Notes under the pieces: model-generated
The model's input: only the letters and a program-made list of their open reading frames with translations
Databases searched by the model: none
Told to the model about the DNA's origin: nothing
In this document: in pieces, positions 38,480-53,558 of the stretch
How the letters are laid out: each line of letters starts with the position of its first letter
Numbering within the stretch: the first letter of the stretch is position 1
From: Eledone cirrhosa
Lineage: Eukaryota
Reading direction: 5' to 3'
Length of the DNA stretch: 64,000 nucleotides
Assembly (NCBI GenBank): GCA_964016885.1
Contig: OZ024742.1
Location: 334,056,001-334,120,000 of the forward strand
Translations under genes and position numbers: made by a program

Positions 38480-40079
38480 AATGTGTATGTGTGAGTGTGT
38501 ATATGTGAGTGCGTGTGTATGTGTGTATGTATATATGTATGTGTGTATGAATGTATGTATATATATATATATATATATAAAGAGAGTGAGAAAGAAAAAG
38601 AGAGAGAGATAGAGATAGAGAGAGAGAGAGATTTAGTTCCAACACAAATTAGCAAGCCATACGCAAGGACGTGCGTTTCACCGAACAGGTTTTCATCATG
38701 TATATGCTTGTGGTGAGAACGGAAATGTATATGAACTAACTGGATTCTGCTCACTAGATTGGTAACTGCGGAGACAACTCAAATTATACTTGTGCGGGGG
38801 AGACAATTTTCTTTTGGATTAGCTCTTTCCCGGTAAGTTTTATCCCGGTTTTTCCAGTTGCGTAACATATAATTCACAGTGTGGGGGCAGCGATTAAAAT
38901 TATCCCTCTTACGTTTAGGCAATTACTATTACGTAACCTCTGCAAGATATTCACTCTTTCATCAATGTACGGGACATTTTTCCATTTCCGTATGTCCAAA
39001 TACCTGCACTATTTGTCCCGGATTTTATATTCTCGATTTCAAATACCACTGAGATAACCATTGTTGTTCAACATTCTGATATTCATTTCATCAATCAGTG
39101 ACGTCAATTTAATTAACTAACCCAATCCTTCAATTTATGGCCTAATGTTTATGTTTCAAACTGTTATTGCCATTAATAGTTGTGGAACGGGTTGCGGTTG
39201 GTTCAGAGAACCCTTACAGACTCAGACAAATTGTATGATGCAATTTAACGTTTCGCCATATTCTGAGCTCTGCGCAGGTCAGTTTCCCTTTATTTTCCGA
39301 CAACTAATTCCTCATTTTAAATTTGTTGTATTATATATATATTAGAAGTTATATTTAGGAACAGAAACAATACTACAGCCATAAAAAACGGTGGCAGCAG
39401 CAGAAACAAGAAATCCCGAGTGATCATAACATGAAAACTGTCTTGCATTTCTACACTCCTCCTTCAGCAAAATATAACATGGACATGCGCATATACATCT
39501 AGCCTTCCCCCACGTCAGATTTTTGTAAGTGAGACGATCGATGAAACGAAACTGAAAAGGCTACAAGAGTGCTTTACAAGTAGGAAACGTTATAGCGGAT
39601 GGGAAAATGCCCGAACTAAAATCAGCAGTTTTCCATTTAAATAACCACACACGCAACATATCTCCCTGAATCATTACCCCAACAGGAAACCCTGTAACCA
39701 CAACGACCGGCAGCATTAACACAACACCATAAACTCTATCACCAAGAACAGCAGCAGTAATAGAAAGAGAAACAATAACAATAAACACACCAACATCAGA
39801 TAAATTTGTATTATACATTTCGTCAACTTAACGAACAATTTAATATCGTAATTAACTACAGACATTATTGCCTATTGTTGATCCCTTTTTACGATACCAC
39901 TATACGTTATAGGCTATATATGCCGTTTTAAAAATCAAGTAAATGCCCTTATTATTTTTTCAATTAAAAGGGAAATATGTATATTTAAAATGTTTACATG
40001 TCATTTACAAAAAATGTGTTAAATTATATACACATTTACATCTCTTTTATCGCTGTGCTTTATATATACATCCATACAT

Positions 40080-40191
<112 letters not shown>

Positions 40192-40259
40192 GGATGTATG
40201 GATGTATATATATACATCCATAAATATATATATGGATGTATGTTTGTATATATATACGT

Positions 40260-40308
<49 letters not shown>

Positions 40309-40375
40309 TTATATATATTTCGTTTCTGAATTTGTTTAGCAAGATTCTTTATCTGAAAACGTGTGTTGAAACTGA

Positions 40376-40580
40376 TATTGTTATACTTTGGGAGGGTCAT
40401 GTTGCCAATAAGAAACACACGCACCAGTTGTTTCACTCCAATTTATTATAAATTAATACATTTTAAAATATTAATTCAATATTAAATATTGAATTTTTTT
40501 AATTTATAATAATTTGGAGTGAAAGCAACTGGTGCGTGATTTCTTATTGGCACATGACCCTCCCGAAATATAACAATATA
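40376..40580. repeat. Family C terminal segment as an inverted repeat
   Basis: TTGTTATACTTTGGGAGGGTCATGTTGCCAATAAGAAACAC..CACCAG and its reverse complement; also at 33318, 15530-15563 and 57578-57610. Confidence 0.8.
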
Positions 40581-41921
40581 TATATATATACACAAGTAGT
40601 AAGTAGCTCAGTTGATCCAGCAATTGAATGTTCATTGTCGAGAACGACAGAGATTAGCAGGCCATCATCCAATTATACGCAAATTGTTAAAGATTCCGTC
40701 GCTGTATTCTTGAAACTTAGCTGATTAAACTGTCTGATGAACGCGATATGGTATAATTTGGGTATTTTTAATATCAAAAATTCTGATCAAATTTATATTT
40801 ATTAGCATAAGTTCCAAATAGTATTGCAAATGACATAGCCCTCTTAATATCTTTTTCTATAGATTTTCCATGCTATCAGAATATCAATTTCATAGAGAAC
40901 TTTTCCTGCATATTGAATGGATTGATCATAAATTTAAATATCCATCTTCAAACTTGCTCACCCAATTTAACACTAAACCACTCGTACATACAAACAAACA
41001 GTCAAATAATCCACTGCATATTTAGAGATTCCAGTATAAACATAGGCAAACAAAAACACACGGTGGGATATAACGCAACAAAATTTAATGTAAAGTAATT
41101 GGAAATACACTCAGTCGGCGAATTGGCAGCGTTGTTAAAGCTCCAAATAATACCCGTTTCTGATATTTGTTGCGGATTATTGCACTCAGACTTCGAAATC
41201 CACCATGATTTCGTGGTTGATAGGGGTATCAACTAGTGTTGGAATCTATTTATCCTTATTATCTTTTTCTTAGTTTCTCTCTAGTTTCCTCATGCTGTTC
41301 CTATCCTGGAAGAAATCGGCTGTGATCAATCCTGAAAAGGGATAGGATCCATCAGTTTTGAATAGCCAGAATACGCCGTATATGATAACGGTGCCTCTAC
41401 GATTGGTGATCACATTATTTTATGAGCAGTATCAAGATTATCTTATATATTCTGTTTGGAGACAGTTAAGAGTGGTATGAGGGTCAGAAATACCATTGTG
41501 GGCTCAGATAATCTTGATGTAAGGTTTCATTTGCTTCATTAAATCACAGCTTTATTTAGACCAATAATTAAATTGAGATAAATTTTCGTAGCATTTTAAG
41601 TTTAGCAGATATTAAACAGAATCACAGCCGTTAAGTATTAGGCTTTTCGTTTATTATCTTACTATAACTTTATAATAATACTAATGTTGCATTTGTTTAT
41701 GTTTTGATCAGAGAGGTCATTAATTCCAGGAATATTTTATATGGAATAAGATACTTTACAATTGAATATTAACAACTTTACATTCTTTCATAAACACAAA
41801 GATTGAGAATGAAAGAGAAAGAGGAAGACATGAATAGAATATCTAAAAGCATGTATGGGTAGATATATATATATATATATTATATATGTATATATATATA
41901 TACACATATATATATATATAT

Positions 41922-42012
<91 letters not shown>

Positions 42013-42051
42013 TATATATACAGACACACATATATATATATATATATACAC

Positions 42052-42082
<31 letters not shown>

Positions 42083-42600
42083 TATATATATAAAGAAGGG
42101 GTGAAAGAAGGAGAGATGGAGAGAGAGAAAGAGAGAGATAGTGAGAGTGTGTGAGAGGGAGAGAGAGTGGAGGGAGAGAGAGATGTTAGTTGAGTCGGTA
42201 ATATGTATCTACAATACTATATCTGATTACCAGCATACCAATTCAATTTAAACGTGTATAAGATTTATATATAATCTCCCATAAATTAGATTCTGACTAA
42301 GAATAAACACACACACATGTGTATCCTTATATTTGCTCACAGAGAAACAAAAGATCGCTGTGACTACACATACATGTTCACACTCTCTCACACACACACA
42401 TAAATACACATAGGCACACACTAAAAACTTATAATATGTATATAGGAATGTAACTTTTGTGATAATATATGTATTACTGTTACTATATATATATATATGT
42501 ATGTATGTATATATAAATATATATGTATGTATGTATATATAAATATATATTTATATATATATATACATATATACATATATATTTATATATACATACATAC

Positions 42601-42651
<51 letters not shown>

Positions 42652-42655
42652 CACA

Positions 42656-42764
<109 letters not shown>

Positions 42765-43199
42765 GTACATATATATGTATATATGTATATATATGACTGT
42801 GTGTTATTATGTATATGTTTTAATATGTATTAATGTTATTCTTATTCGATACAGTACGAATTGACTTCCCCTCTTTATTTCCCATCATTTATTCCATCAA
42901 TCATATTTTGAGTTGATTGATTTTTTTTTTACTTCATTTAATTTCATTATTGCATATATTTCTTTTTTTAAATTACACTCCTATTGTTACTTGATACAGC
43001 GGATTTCCAGTTTTCCCACAAAGTCAGTACATTATGAGCGCACACTTAATAGCATACATGCACAGACACATGGCATCCATATACTATCATACACATACAC
43101 GGACACAGGTATACAGATACACACACACATGTATAGAGAGAGAGATAATATAATATATAATATATATACAAATATATATAATTGTACATTCATATTTTT

Positions 43200-43266
<67 letters not shown>

Positions 43267-44138
43267 TATATATATATACTTGAATACGCTCGCACGTATA
43301 TGTGGAGGTACGTTAATAATTCTATTGAATTGTATGTAGAATTAAAAACATCCTAAACAAATATATATGATATCAATATATTATTTTAAGAGTTATCCTG
43401 GCAAAGTTTCAACAAAATTTGTAAATAATACAAAAATTTGAAAATTGAACAAAGAATGATAGATTTTCTTAAGCGCAATGGAAAATATCGGTTGTGCACT
43501 ATGCATATACATTCATCCATCCATGGGTACTGAAAATCTATTGCATTCACAAAGGCTTCTTCTAGATCCACAACGCGTTTGAGGTATTTAAAGCTTGAGA
43601 AACACACCCGTCTCCAAATATGAACGTCGATTTAGTTATTGTGTGAACAAAGGTGAGAAAAGGGGAAATGACACCAGTATAGGTCTGGATTAAAGGATGA
43701 AAGGTACAGTTGACATCTGCCACTTTTGAAGTGTGGGTCGGAAGAAAGGCCGGACAAAATCTTATCCTACATTCTACCAATATTGCTGATTCGCTGACTT
43801 CTGAACACATCACACCTATAAAGTGTATTTCATGAGGAAATTAACATGGAGTTGCACAGTTGACGCATAGGATTTATGTGAATCCTTTGAGCTTGCAAAG
43901 GTCAATAATAAACGTTATTTTTGGAACCTTTACTGAAAATGAAGTTGTTAGGATGGAGGTTTCTAGCATCTAAACGTAAGCAAATTACATCTGTTATTTC
44001 TGTATCAAAATGTTCTCTACAACTTAAACTTAATTTAACATTATACATATAAAAATCCAATACGAATTCTATAGTTATATTGTTACATGAATAGTAAATG
44101 TTAATATACAAAATATATATCTATATGTGTGTGTGCGC

Positions 44139-44232
<94 letters not shown>

Positions 44233-44260
44233 AAAACCACAGACCCTCCATCTCAACTCA

Positions 44261-44298
44261 CCTTTTGAAAAGCAGAAGAACTGCGAAACCGGTAAAGG
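44261..44298 (+). ncRNA. Minimal type I HHR with U3-A8 variant core
   Basis: CCTT-TTGAAAA-GCAG-AAGAA-CTGC-GAAA-CCGG-TA-AAGG; all three stems perfect. Confidence 0.72.
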
Positions 44299-44464
44299 AA
44301 CCAAATAAATATATATATTTAAAAAAAATAAATAAATAAAAAAATAAAAAAATAAAAAAAATAAGACTTCAGTTGCATTTTCGATTTCATCCCTTTTTCT
44401 TTATACTTCCACTCGTGTAGGACACCTCGGTTATTTTTCATTTTGTAAAAAAAAACCTCACTTT

Positions 44465-44581
<117 letters not shown>

Positions 44582-45496
44582 GACAGAGAGCACTGTATAT
44601 TTAGATACAGGACAAATTTATATCTCTTTATATACTGATGTATACTGTCAAATCTTATATCTATATACAGTACGGACGTAAATGAAATAAGCAAAGATGA
44701 TGTTAATATATTTTACATGATGCTCAGTTCTGGCATGAGATCTCATATGGCATTTTAGACCAGGCATTCACATTCTTTTAAAAATACGTCCACATAAATT
44801 GCACATTAATGTTGGCGTATCTTACACTCTCTGTGCTGTCTGATCTTGATAAACTTTGAAATGTCTCTTCACACGTCCTTGAAACTTTCATATCTTATGG
44901 CACCTATGACGCTGATAAGAGTGTATTGTTAGGTATTTTCTGTAATCAGTAGGAAGTTCCCTATTGGGTGCCCACATATGAGATTTAAGTCCAGCCATTG
45001 ACAGGCGGATTTTGCAAAAATCTGTACAAGTAGAAAAAGTTCCATTAAGTTCATAATTCCAAATTTTTTTAAAAATTGTTTTCCTTAAAAAAAAATATTT
45101 GCACACCATCCTATTTTTGAGAAGGATAGACAGAACGATCCGCTATCAGGCTTTCCAGGTGGGCTTATTTTTATCAATTCTTATATTCTTCAAATTCCCA
45201 GTTAATCTATCCTTTACACTTTTCCAATTGGATTACCAACCACCCCTAAAAAATGTCCACCCCAGCGTGATTGTTTTTCAAAATGATTGCCTGGATGGAA
45301 CACATACCAGATTCAGTTAGAACACCAGCGTCGCAAGTATTTTTGATGGAATCATTCCAAGTTTTAGAGGAGTACAGAATAAAGGTTAAAAAAGGATCTC
45401 TCTAGATAAATTTCTCTTTCCTTATTGATATGTCTTAGTTAACAGATTTGAGTTTCTAAACTACCACATTGCTCTCTCATAATGCTCTCTCTTTCT

Positions 45497-45537
<41 letters not shown>

Positions 45538-45687
45538 CAATATCGGAGAAAGCTTTTTAGCGATACTCCGTCCAAATTCCAACTCACTCAACAAAAATTA
45601 GGAAATAAGTGATTATATTCCCAATTATGTGTTCGGGGTGCTAACTAAAAGTATTGCGTGGAAAATTGGCTGTATTATTTCAAATGA

Positions 45688-45744
<57 letters not shown>

Positions 45745-45783
45745 GATATTAACAAATGGAAACTATATTTATAAAGCCATATT

Positions 45784-45848
45784 TATTTCATTATACATAT
45801 TTCAAGGACACCAAGTTAAATTATGGTGTGCTTTCATCAGATAAAATA
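45784..45848 (-). ncRNA. Type I HHR in the Penelope terminal repeat
   Basis: TATTTTAT-CTGATGA-AAGCACACC...GGTGTCCTT-GAAA-TATGTA-TA-ATGAAATA; AUA triplet. Confidence 0.78.
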
Positions 45849-47394
45849 TAATATAGAGCAGTTTTATAAATAAATATTGACATACCCTTAAAGAATGCAA
45901 CCATTACTGTTGGAAGCTCCCGGATAGTGGAGTTATATCTTTAATTATATTATTAGGTAAGTTAGTATTGGATATTTTAAAAATAGCCGTTGGGTTATGG
46001 AGAAAGAGAAAGAGAGAGAAAGAGCAGAACAACAGAGAGAAAAAGAGAGAGAGAGAGGAGAAAGAGAAAGGAGAGAGAGCGAAAACACTAAGTCATATCT
46101 TGTTGAGTTATCTTAACTATTGAGATGAAATGAATAAATAAAATTAGAAATGTTAATAATCATGAATGGAATATACATATATAATATGAGAAATTTAACC
46201 ATTGTTTAAATATGATTAAATGTTTAGTTAATCAGTTAAATATTGAGATCAATACATTAAAAATTGGGATCTATATATTAAGAAATCTATATATTATTAT
46301 TAAGACTATATTATTAAAAATCTATATATTATATAACACATATACACACGCAAAAAATACATACATATAAATATATATACACACGTATAAAAAGATATAT
46401 ACATATCTAACTACGTATATAATATATACATACAAAATATAAAGGATTCTTTAATTTATGATATAGGAATCGTATAAAATCAGAGAAAGTCATTTCAATG
46501 TAATATCAAAGAAGCGTGAGGAAAATTATCTAATGTAGTTATATAAATGTTAAATTGTTAAGATATTAAAGGAAATGTTGTGTTATACACACTTTATGTT
46601 ATTAAACACATTTTTTTATATAAGTTTTATAAGATTACCTGTTATGTATTTTTGACTGTTATTATATGTCTATTTGTCACGAATCTTGGGATAATCCCTA
46701 TAAATAAGTGCAATCGAATTGTATGGAAATACACATATATATACATACACAATTCCCACATATATATACATATATGTACCCACACAAATAGGTAGATACG
46801 CATCACATATATATATATATACATACAGATAGACATACACGCATAAAAACATATGTAGATGTATATCAATACACACATACACATATATATACACACATAG
46901 AGAGAGAGAAGTATATATAAATACATTACATAGTACAATTGAAGTACATAAAATACAAAATTTACGATTTGGAAATATAATTATAAGCAATATAACTTTA
47001 AAACAATATAACTTTAAAAATATTATAGAATATTTCAAGTTATAATTTCAAAATAATAATATGTTTAATAAATTTAGTATAAAAATGTTCTACGTATATT
47101 TAATTTAATTATATATCCATAAGAGAAATAAAAAGAAACTTTCAAAAGATAAACTTTCGAAAATAGTAGAAACTATCAAAAAATCTATCAAAAAATATTT
47201 TCCCCCTTTAAGAGCTTTCAGTATATTTCTCTAGAATAGTTTATTATATTTATTTATATTTAGGAAGAAAAGTTTTTTTTACTTGAGTGTATAAGCAGTA
47301 AACAAAATGAAGGAATCTAATGATTTATCGACAGGTTTAATATATTAATAGAATTAATTAATTAATTATATATTACATTTTAAATTTATATTTA

Positions 47395-48290
47395 AACGTT
47401 AAGTTCAATCTATGTCTACAGCAACTGAATAAATTGTTCCTTAGGTTCAGGGAAATGTTGGTCTTTAATATAAAGAATATTTCCTCTATACAAAGATCAC
47501 AATTTTCTGAAGGAGTAGCTTATGAAATAATATTCCCAATCAACGAATATTCAACATTCTTTCTTTTGAGGTCCCATAATAAGCTAGATAGAGAAGTTGA
47601 AGATTTTTTTGTTTGGATCTGTAAAATAATTTTTATGATTATTGAAGCGGGATTTAAACTCTGTGGAAGTGGATCCCACATAATTAAATGAATTTAAATT
47701 AGTTTTTACATTACAATTATATACTATATTTTTAGCTAAGCAATAGTTATTTAACGGACAGTTAGATTTATTTCTACAGTTACATTTATCAAATTGGATA
47801 TTGCTTGGGTTATTAGTGGTATTTTGGTTAAGTTTGATATTTCTATTATTAATTCTATTAATATTTTGCGCTAAATTTTTGGTGGAAGAATAAGTTAATT
47901 TTATAGTATGTCTATTAAAAATTGAGTAATATCTATGTGTTCTAGGGAAGCATTTGTTAAGAGCTTTAAAAAATAGTTTAGCAATAGGGGTTTTAATATT
48001 TAATGAGAAAGGAGGAGCGAACCATAATATGTTCCTAGTTCTATTTCTTTTTTTGTTTTCAGAATTATTGTAAGGTTTTCTATTATAGTTGTTAAAATTG
48101 TTAAAATAGTTAAAATTGTTACGATTATGGTTAGTTGTTATATTATTATTATTATCAATGTATTTAATTTTATTTCTATACCCATCTCTACCTAACGCTT
48201 CGTTGTAATAATGTGCTTGTTCATCAAATATATTCTTATTAGCTGAAATTCTCGAAATGTGTTCCTGTACAGAGTTCACTATAGTATTTT
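47395..48290 (-). pseudogene. Penelope RT thumb/linker plus GIY-YIG endonuclease, frameshifted
   Basis: YNEAL..GY, RNILWFAPPFS, CFP..H.YYSIFNRHTIKLTYS, CNCRNKSNCPL, NIVY...YVGSTSTEFKSRFNNH; after a frameshift STSLS..LW.LK, CDLC.EE, LN.R....CCRH. Confidence 0.88.
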
Positions 48291-48477
48291 TATGTCACGT
48301 ATGATCTCCATAATTTAACTTGGTGTCCTTGAAATATGTATAATGAAATAAATATGGTTTTATAAATATAGTTTCCATTTGTTAATATCGTATTTTTACT
48401 CCAATTATTTGTTTAGTGCTTTATATCAGTTATAAAAATATTTGCTTGTTGTATCCCAACAATTTAAATAGAACATT

Positions 48478-48540
<63 letters not shown>

Positions 48541-48546
<6 letters not shown>

Positions 48547-50273
48547 AAGTGAGTCCTTCATCAGTGACCCTCCAACCGTCCTCGGCATTTCATCGTTTTA
48601 AGGGCCATATGCCTCAGGTTGGTGCGAACAACGGCTAAAAAAAGTCGTTGGCACACGTAAATAAAGGGGGACGCTAGAGTAACAACAAAAAGGGTTTAAG
48701 CAACGGAAAGTGAGTAGAAATAGACAAGTCCCAGATCTCTATGAATATAAACTCTGTGAAATCGTGAACAAGAGACGAAAGACCATCGAACCTGGTAGAA
48801 ATGTGAGCAAGGAAAGAATTTCGCCCAAGTTTGACGGGGGGGAAAAGAGAGAGAGAGAGAGAGACAGAGAAAGGAGAGAAGAGGAAGAAGAAGAAGAAGA
48901 AGAAGAAGAAGAAGAAGAAGAAGAAGAAGAAGAAGAAGAAGAAGAAGAAGAAGAAGAAGAAGAAGATAAGGTGGTCTGGTCTGCGAATTCGGTAAACGCA
49001 AGTTTTGTGAAGTCACAGACGAAAGAGAGAGAGAAAAAAAATTCCATACCAGCTCGGTCAAGACTGCGCGAGAAAAGAATTACACACAGGTCAAACTTGA
49101 AGGAGGAGGAGGAAAGAGGAGGAGGAGAGGTAGTGACAGAGAATGAGTGAGTGAAAGTTGAGGAGAGGGTAACAGACAGAGAGGGAGACTGCTAGAAGTG
49201 GTAAAGATACAAGGAACGAAACAGACAGGCAGCATGGAAAAGTAATATGTGTAAATATGATGATAATAATGGAGCTGCGGCGTTGAAAATGGGATACATA
49301 TGAAAAAGTGAGTCCTTCATCAGTGACCCTCCAACCGTCCTCGGCATTTCATCGTTTTAAGGGCCATATGCCTCAGGTTGGTGCGAACAACGGCTAAAAA
49401 AAGTCGTTGGGACACGTAAATAAAGGGGGACGCTAGAGTAACAACAAAAAGGGTTTAAGCAACGGAAAGTGAGTAGAAATAGACAAGTCCCAGATCTCTA
49501 TGAATATAAACTCTGTGAAATCGTGAACAAGAGACGAAAGACCATCGAACCTGGTAGAAATGTGAGCAAGGAAAGAATTTCGCCCAAGTTTGACGGGGGA
49601 AAAAAGAGAGAGAGAGAGAGACAGAGAAAGGAGAGAAGAAGAAGAAGAAGAAGAAGAAGAAGAAGAAGAAGAAGAAGAAGAAGAAGAAGAAGAAGAAGAA
49701 GAAGAAGAAGAAGAAGAGAAGAAGAAGAAGAAGAAGAAGAAGAAGAAGAAGAAGAAGATAAGGTGGTCTGGTCTGCGAATTCGGTAAACGCAAGTTTTGT
49801 GAAGTCACAGACGAAAGAGAGAGAGAAAAAAAATTCCATACCAGCTCGGTCAAGACTGCGCGAGAAAAGAATTACACACAGGTCAAACTTGAAGGAGGGG
49901 GAGGAAAGAGGAGGAGGAGAGGTAGTGACAGAGAATGAGTGAGTGAAAGTTGAGGAGAGGGTAACAGACAGAGAGGGAGACTGCTAGAAGTGGTAAAGAT
50001 ACAAGGAACGAAACAGACAGGCAGCATGGAAAAGTAATATGTGTAAATATGATGATAATAATGGAGCTGCGGCGTTGCAAATGGGATACATATGAAAAAG
50101 TGAGTCCTTCATCAGTGACCCTCCAACCGTCCTCGGCATTTCATCGTTTTAAGGGCCATATGCCTCAGGTTGGTGCGAACAACGGCTAAAAAAAGTCGTT
50201 GGGACACGTAAATAAAGGGGGACGCTAGAGTAACAACAACAAGGGTTTAAGCAACGGAAAGTGAGTAGAAATA
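48541..50273. repeat. Partial tandem array (about 2.2 units of ~760-790 bp) with internal (GA)n/(GAA)n
   Basis: Unit starts ATGAAAAAGTGAGTCCTTCATCAG at 48541, 49300 and 50092; units nearly identical apart from microsatellite length. Confidence 0.95.
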
Positions 50274-52053
50274 TACATATATATGCGTGTTTGTGTGTGT
50301 GTGGGTTTGTAAATGAAAAGTAAACAGATAAACAGAGCAGGAAAACGATACAGTACAATGAATATAGATATTAGTTTAACGCTTGATATAGTATGGAATG
50401 TGTGTTAACGTGTCAGGCGTTAATCATTCATCAAAAGATAGATTGACGAACGAAAAAAGAAATAAAAATATAGATGTGAGTGAGATGAGAAGGAAACGGA
50501 AAAGATGGGAGAGGAAAGGGCGTAGGGGGCTTAGTTAATTGTTTTTGGTAAATGTATATATGTATAAAGTTCACTATATATGTATAGATGTATAAAAATC
50601 ACATGTTTATGCATATTTAGATATATATACTGTGGGTTATTCATTTCCTTCATACGTTTTATTAATTTGCTTACCATTTGTTGTACAATTTGTTGTTGGA
50701 TTGCTAGATATTTTACAACAAATGTAAAATACCTTCTTTGTTACACTATAGAAGATGTCTTCAATTAATTCATCGCTTACTTGTGAGCATCTCGATGAAT
50801 GCAATGCATACATCCGTCATTTCCCTTAAAGTAGATTGACAATGGTTGGATAGATATGTTATTGAACTACATGTGCAGATGTAAGGGTTTGAAATCTGTT
50901 GCAGGCTTCATGATATTACTCAGCCGAATATGTTCCCCTAGAGTGACTCTACTTAGCAAACGTTTTGGAGCACTTACAAACATTTTACCAAGTTGTTAGG
51001 TTTAGATATCTGTGAATCTGTTAATGGTGGAAGCACTTTCTATACAGAGAGATAGCGGGAGAGAAATAAAGGAAGATTGAGGGAGAGTTGCGATGTATTT
51101 AACAGAAAGGCAATGGGCCTTAACACCGAGGCCTCACACTTTAGTAGATATTTACCGTTTATTTATTTAATATTTTCTCTTATCGCTCTACTTATTTTCT
51201 CAGGTATGTCACGTATGATCACCAGTGATAGATTTTGAATTAAAACTCACATTGACTTGTCAGTTAGATATAATATTACTAAATAATTCTACATAGATGT
51301 TTCTCCTTCCCCATTCATTAATCCAATACAAAAAGGAAATGACAGAAAATAAAACAGAAACATTATTTTGAATGTAATGAGAATATTTGAGTATCTGACT
51401 TTGCGCAGCAGGATCTCTCACATTTTTAATGGAGTCCTTTTTTGTCTTCAGCAGTCCAAGTCATAGTGAAGTATTGATTGCCCCGAATACAAATCGATGA
51501 TGAATGGATATTTACAAAATGGTGGTGAATCTAGAAAGAACATCTTGTAGTGTTTTCTACTTTTATTGAACATCAGGAACGCAGAAAGGTCTATTTTTTT
51601 CATTATAAGACTGTTTAGTTGTGTAATTATTTGCATGGCAATTAGCAAATTTTATTCAGAAGAGTGTTTAAAATTTGATGGATTTATCGAATTTTAAAAA
51701 TACGAAAATTGTTATTATAAATAGTTATTTGAGAGTGTCGATGACTTTCACATGGAATAAACCAATAAATCATGAAATGAAATAAAAATACAAAAAATAA
51801 TAAGAGACCACCTAAATAATATTACACCGTAAAAACCAGAGTAATTTCTATGTAGAATAAATAAAAGCAACATAAATATTTTAAAGCTAAACTTAATACC
51901 AATTTGGAACAAAATTCTCTCAAGGTGATAAAACGTCCAAGTCTATGAGTTCTATTTCTATAATCAGCAAGCATTTGTTAAAATGATACCGACTACACTT
52001 AATAAACAGCCACGATCTAATTCAGAAGACTAAACTCTAATGAGCAAACAAAA

Positions 52054-52167
52054 TTAATTGTTTCTACTTTTGACACAAGGCCAGTAATTACCCCAGTACA
52101 TTGCTGGTACTTTATTTTATCTACCCCGCAAAGATGAAAGGCAAAGTTAACCTCGGCTGGATTTGAG
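52054..52167 (-). mobile_element. 5'-truncated SINE, family 1
   Basis: Tail and body up to GGATTTGA only. Confidence 0.8.
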
Positions 52168-52652
52168 CAAACGAAATTAATGGTTACAAAACAGACACGC
52201 CAGCTGTTTCTGGACACAACATATAATCGGTATAACTATATAATATAGATATTTAGAAAACTATTAGGAAAACATATTTGTATCCTTATAAACTACAAAA
52301 AATATTTATCTTACCCTGTAAGTCAATTACAATCCAACGCTATATACAATTCCATATTATATTATATAAGGAAATCCAAATATATACTTATGTAACAAGC
52401 TTTGCTGAAGAAACCACAATCTAGTTACCATTCCAGTCCATAGAGGACCTGTTCAGATTATGATCGATATAATTAACGTTAGAACAAATGCATCTATTAC
52501 TATGTACACCGACCGGTATGTATATTTATTAACGATATGTTAGATTCGAATTCCACGACAGCAGAGAAAATGCCGTATACATGCATCTCACTTCTCTCTG
52601 CGTCTTTCTCTCTTTCTCACTCTTTCTCTCTTTCTCTCTCCCTTTCGCTCAC

Positions 52653-52812
<160 letters not shown>

Positions 52813-53090
52813 AATATATATATATATAATCTTGAGCAACACATCTAATACCATATGTACAGTGTTAGTAAATTGTAGTGAAACGTAACATACCATTATG
52901 AATTCTGGTGTATATCTAGTTCGAAATGTACGAATATGAAATTAGGAAACAACCAGTCACCCTTTTATAACCACAATTTAGTTATAGTTCAGATATAACA
53001 AGAAGATACAACTAGCCAAGCTGGACTTTCACGAAATCAGATGTTTATATCACTTTCTTCATTATATTAAATACATGTACACACACACGC

Positions 53091-53140
<50 letters not shown>

Positions 53141-53483
53141 TATTGACAGATTAATTGCATAGGTTTATTTTAAAAACTACCTGGTTGAGTGCTTATTCGA
53201 TTTGTGCTATTTTTGCAATTTTTTCCTGATTTACCCAAACTGAATTCATTTGCCAAAATCTGGGGTTTTTCTCCTTGTGAGTTACACATGTGCTTTTACA
53301 AAACACTACGGCATTCACAACACTGGCTCAGAACAAAATACCTGTCGATAACGTGATATTCCTTGTTCGATCATTATACCAAAAGGTTATGGTTTTAAGC
53401 AGCCATATTGTATTATTTATTAAGGTGTCATAGAAAACCTTGTATTTGGATGTTACCATCAATTCCAATGGGTCCAGGTTTGT

Positions 53484-53558
<75 letters not shown>

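Larger units (their letters stand above)
45741..48478 (-). mobile_element. 5'-truncated Penelope-like element with an inverted partial pLTR
   Basis: GIY-YIG ORF remnant, long AT-rich 3' region ending in an HHR, 45741-45826 inverted at 48308-48393, (TA)n on both sides. Confidence 0.85.

Noticed and set aside
48549-48600. Complete hammerhead in the tandem unit
   Set aside because: CTGATGA is present on the minus strand, but I found no stem II partner followed by GAAA
48710-49942. Duplicated poly-Glu/poly-Arg ORFs
   Set aside because: The frame through (GA)n/(GAA)n differs between units, so it is not maintained as protein
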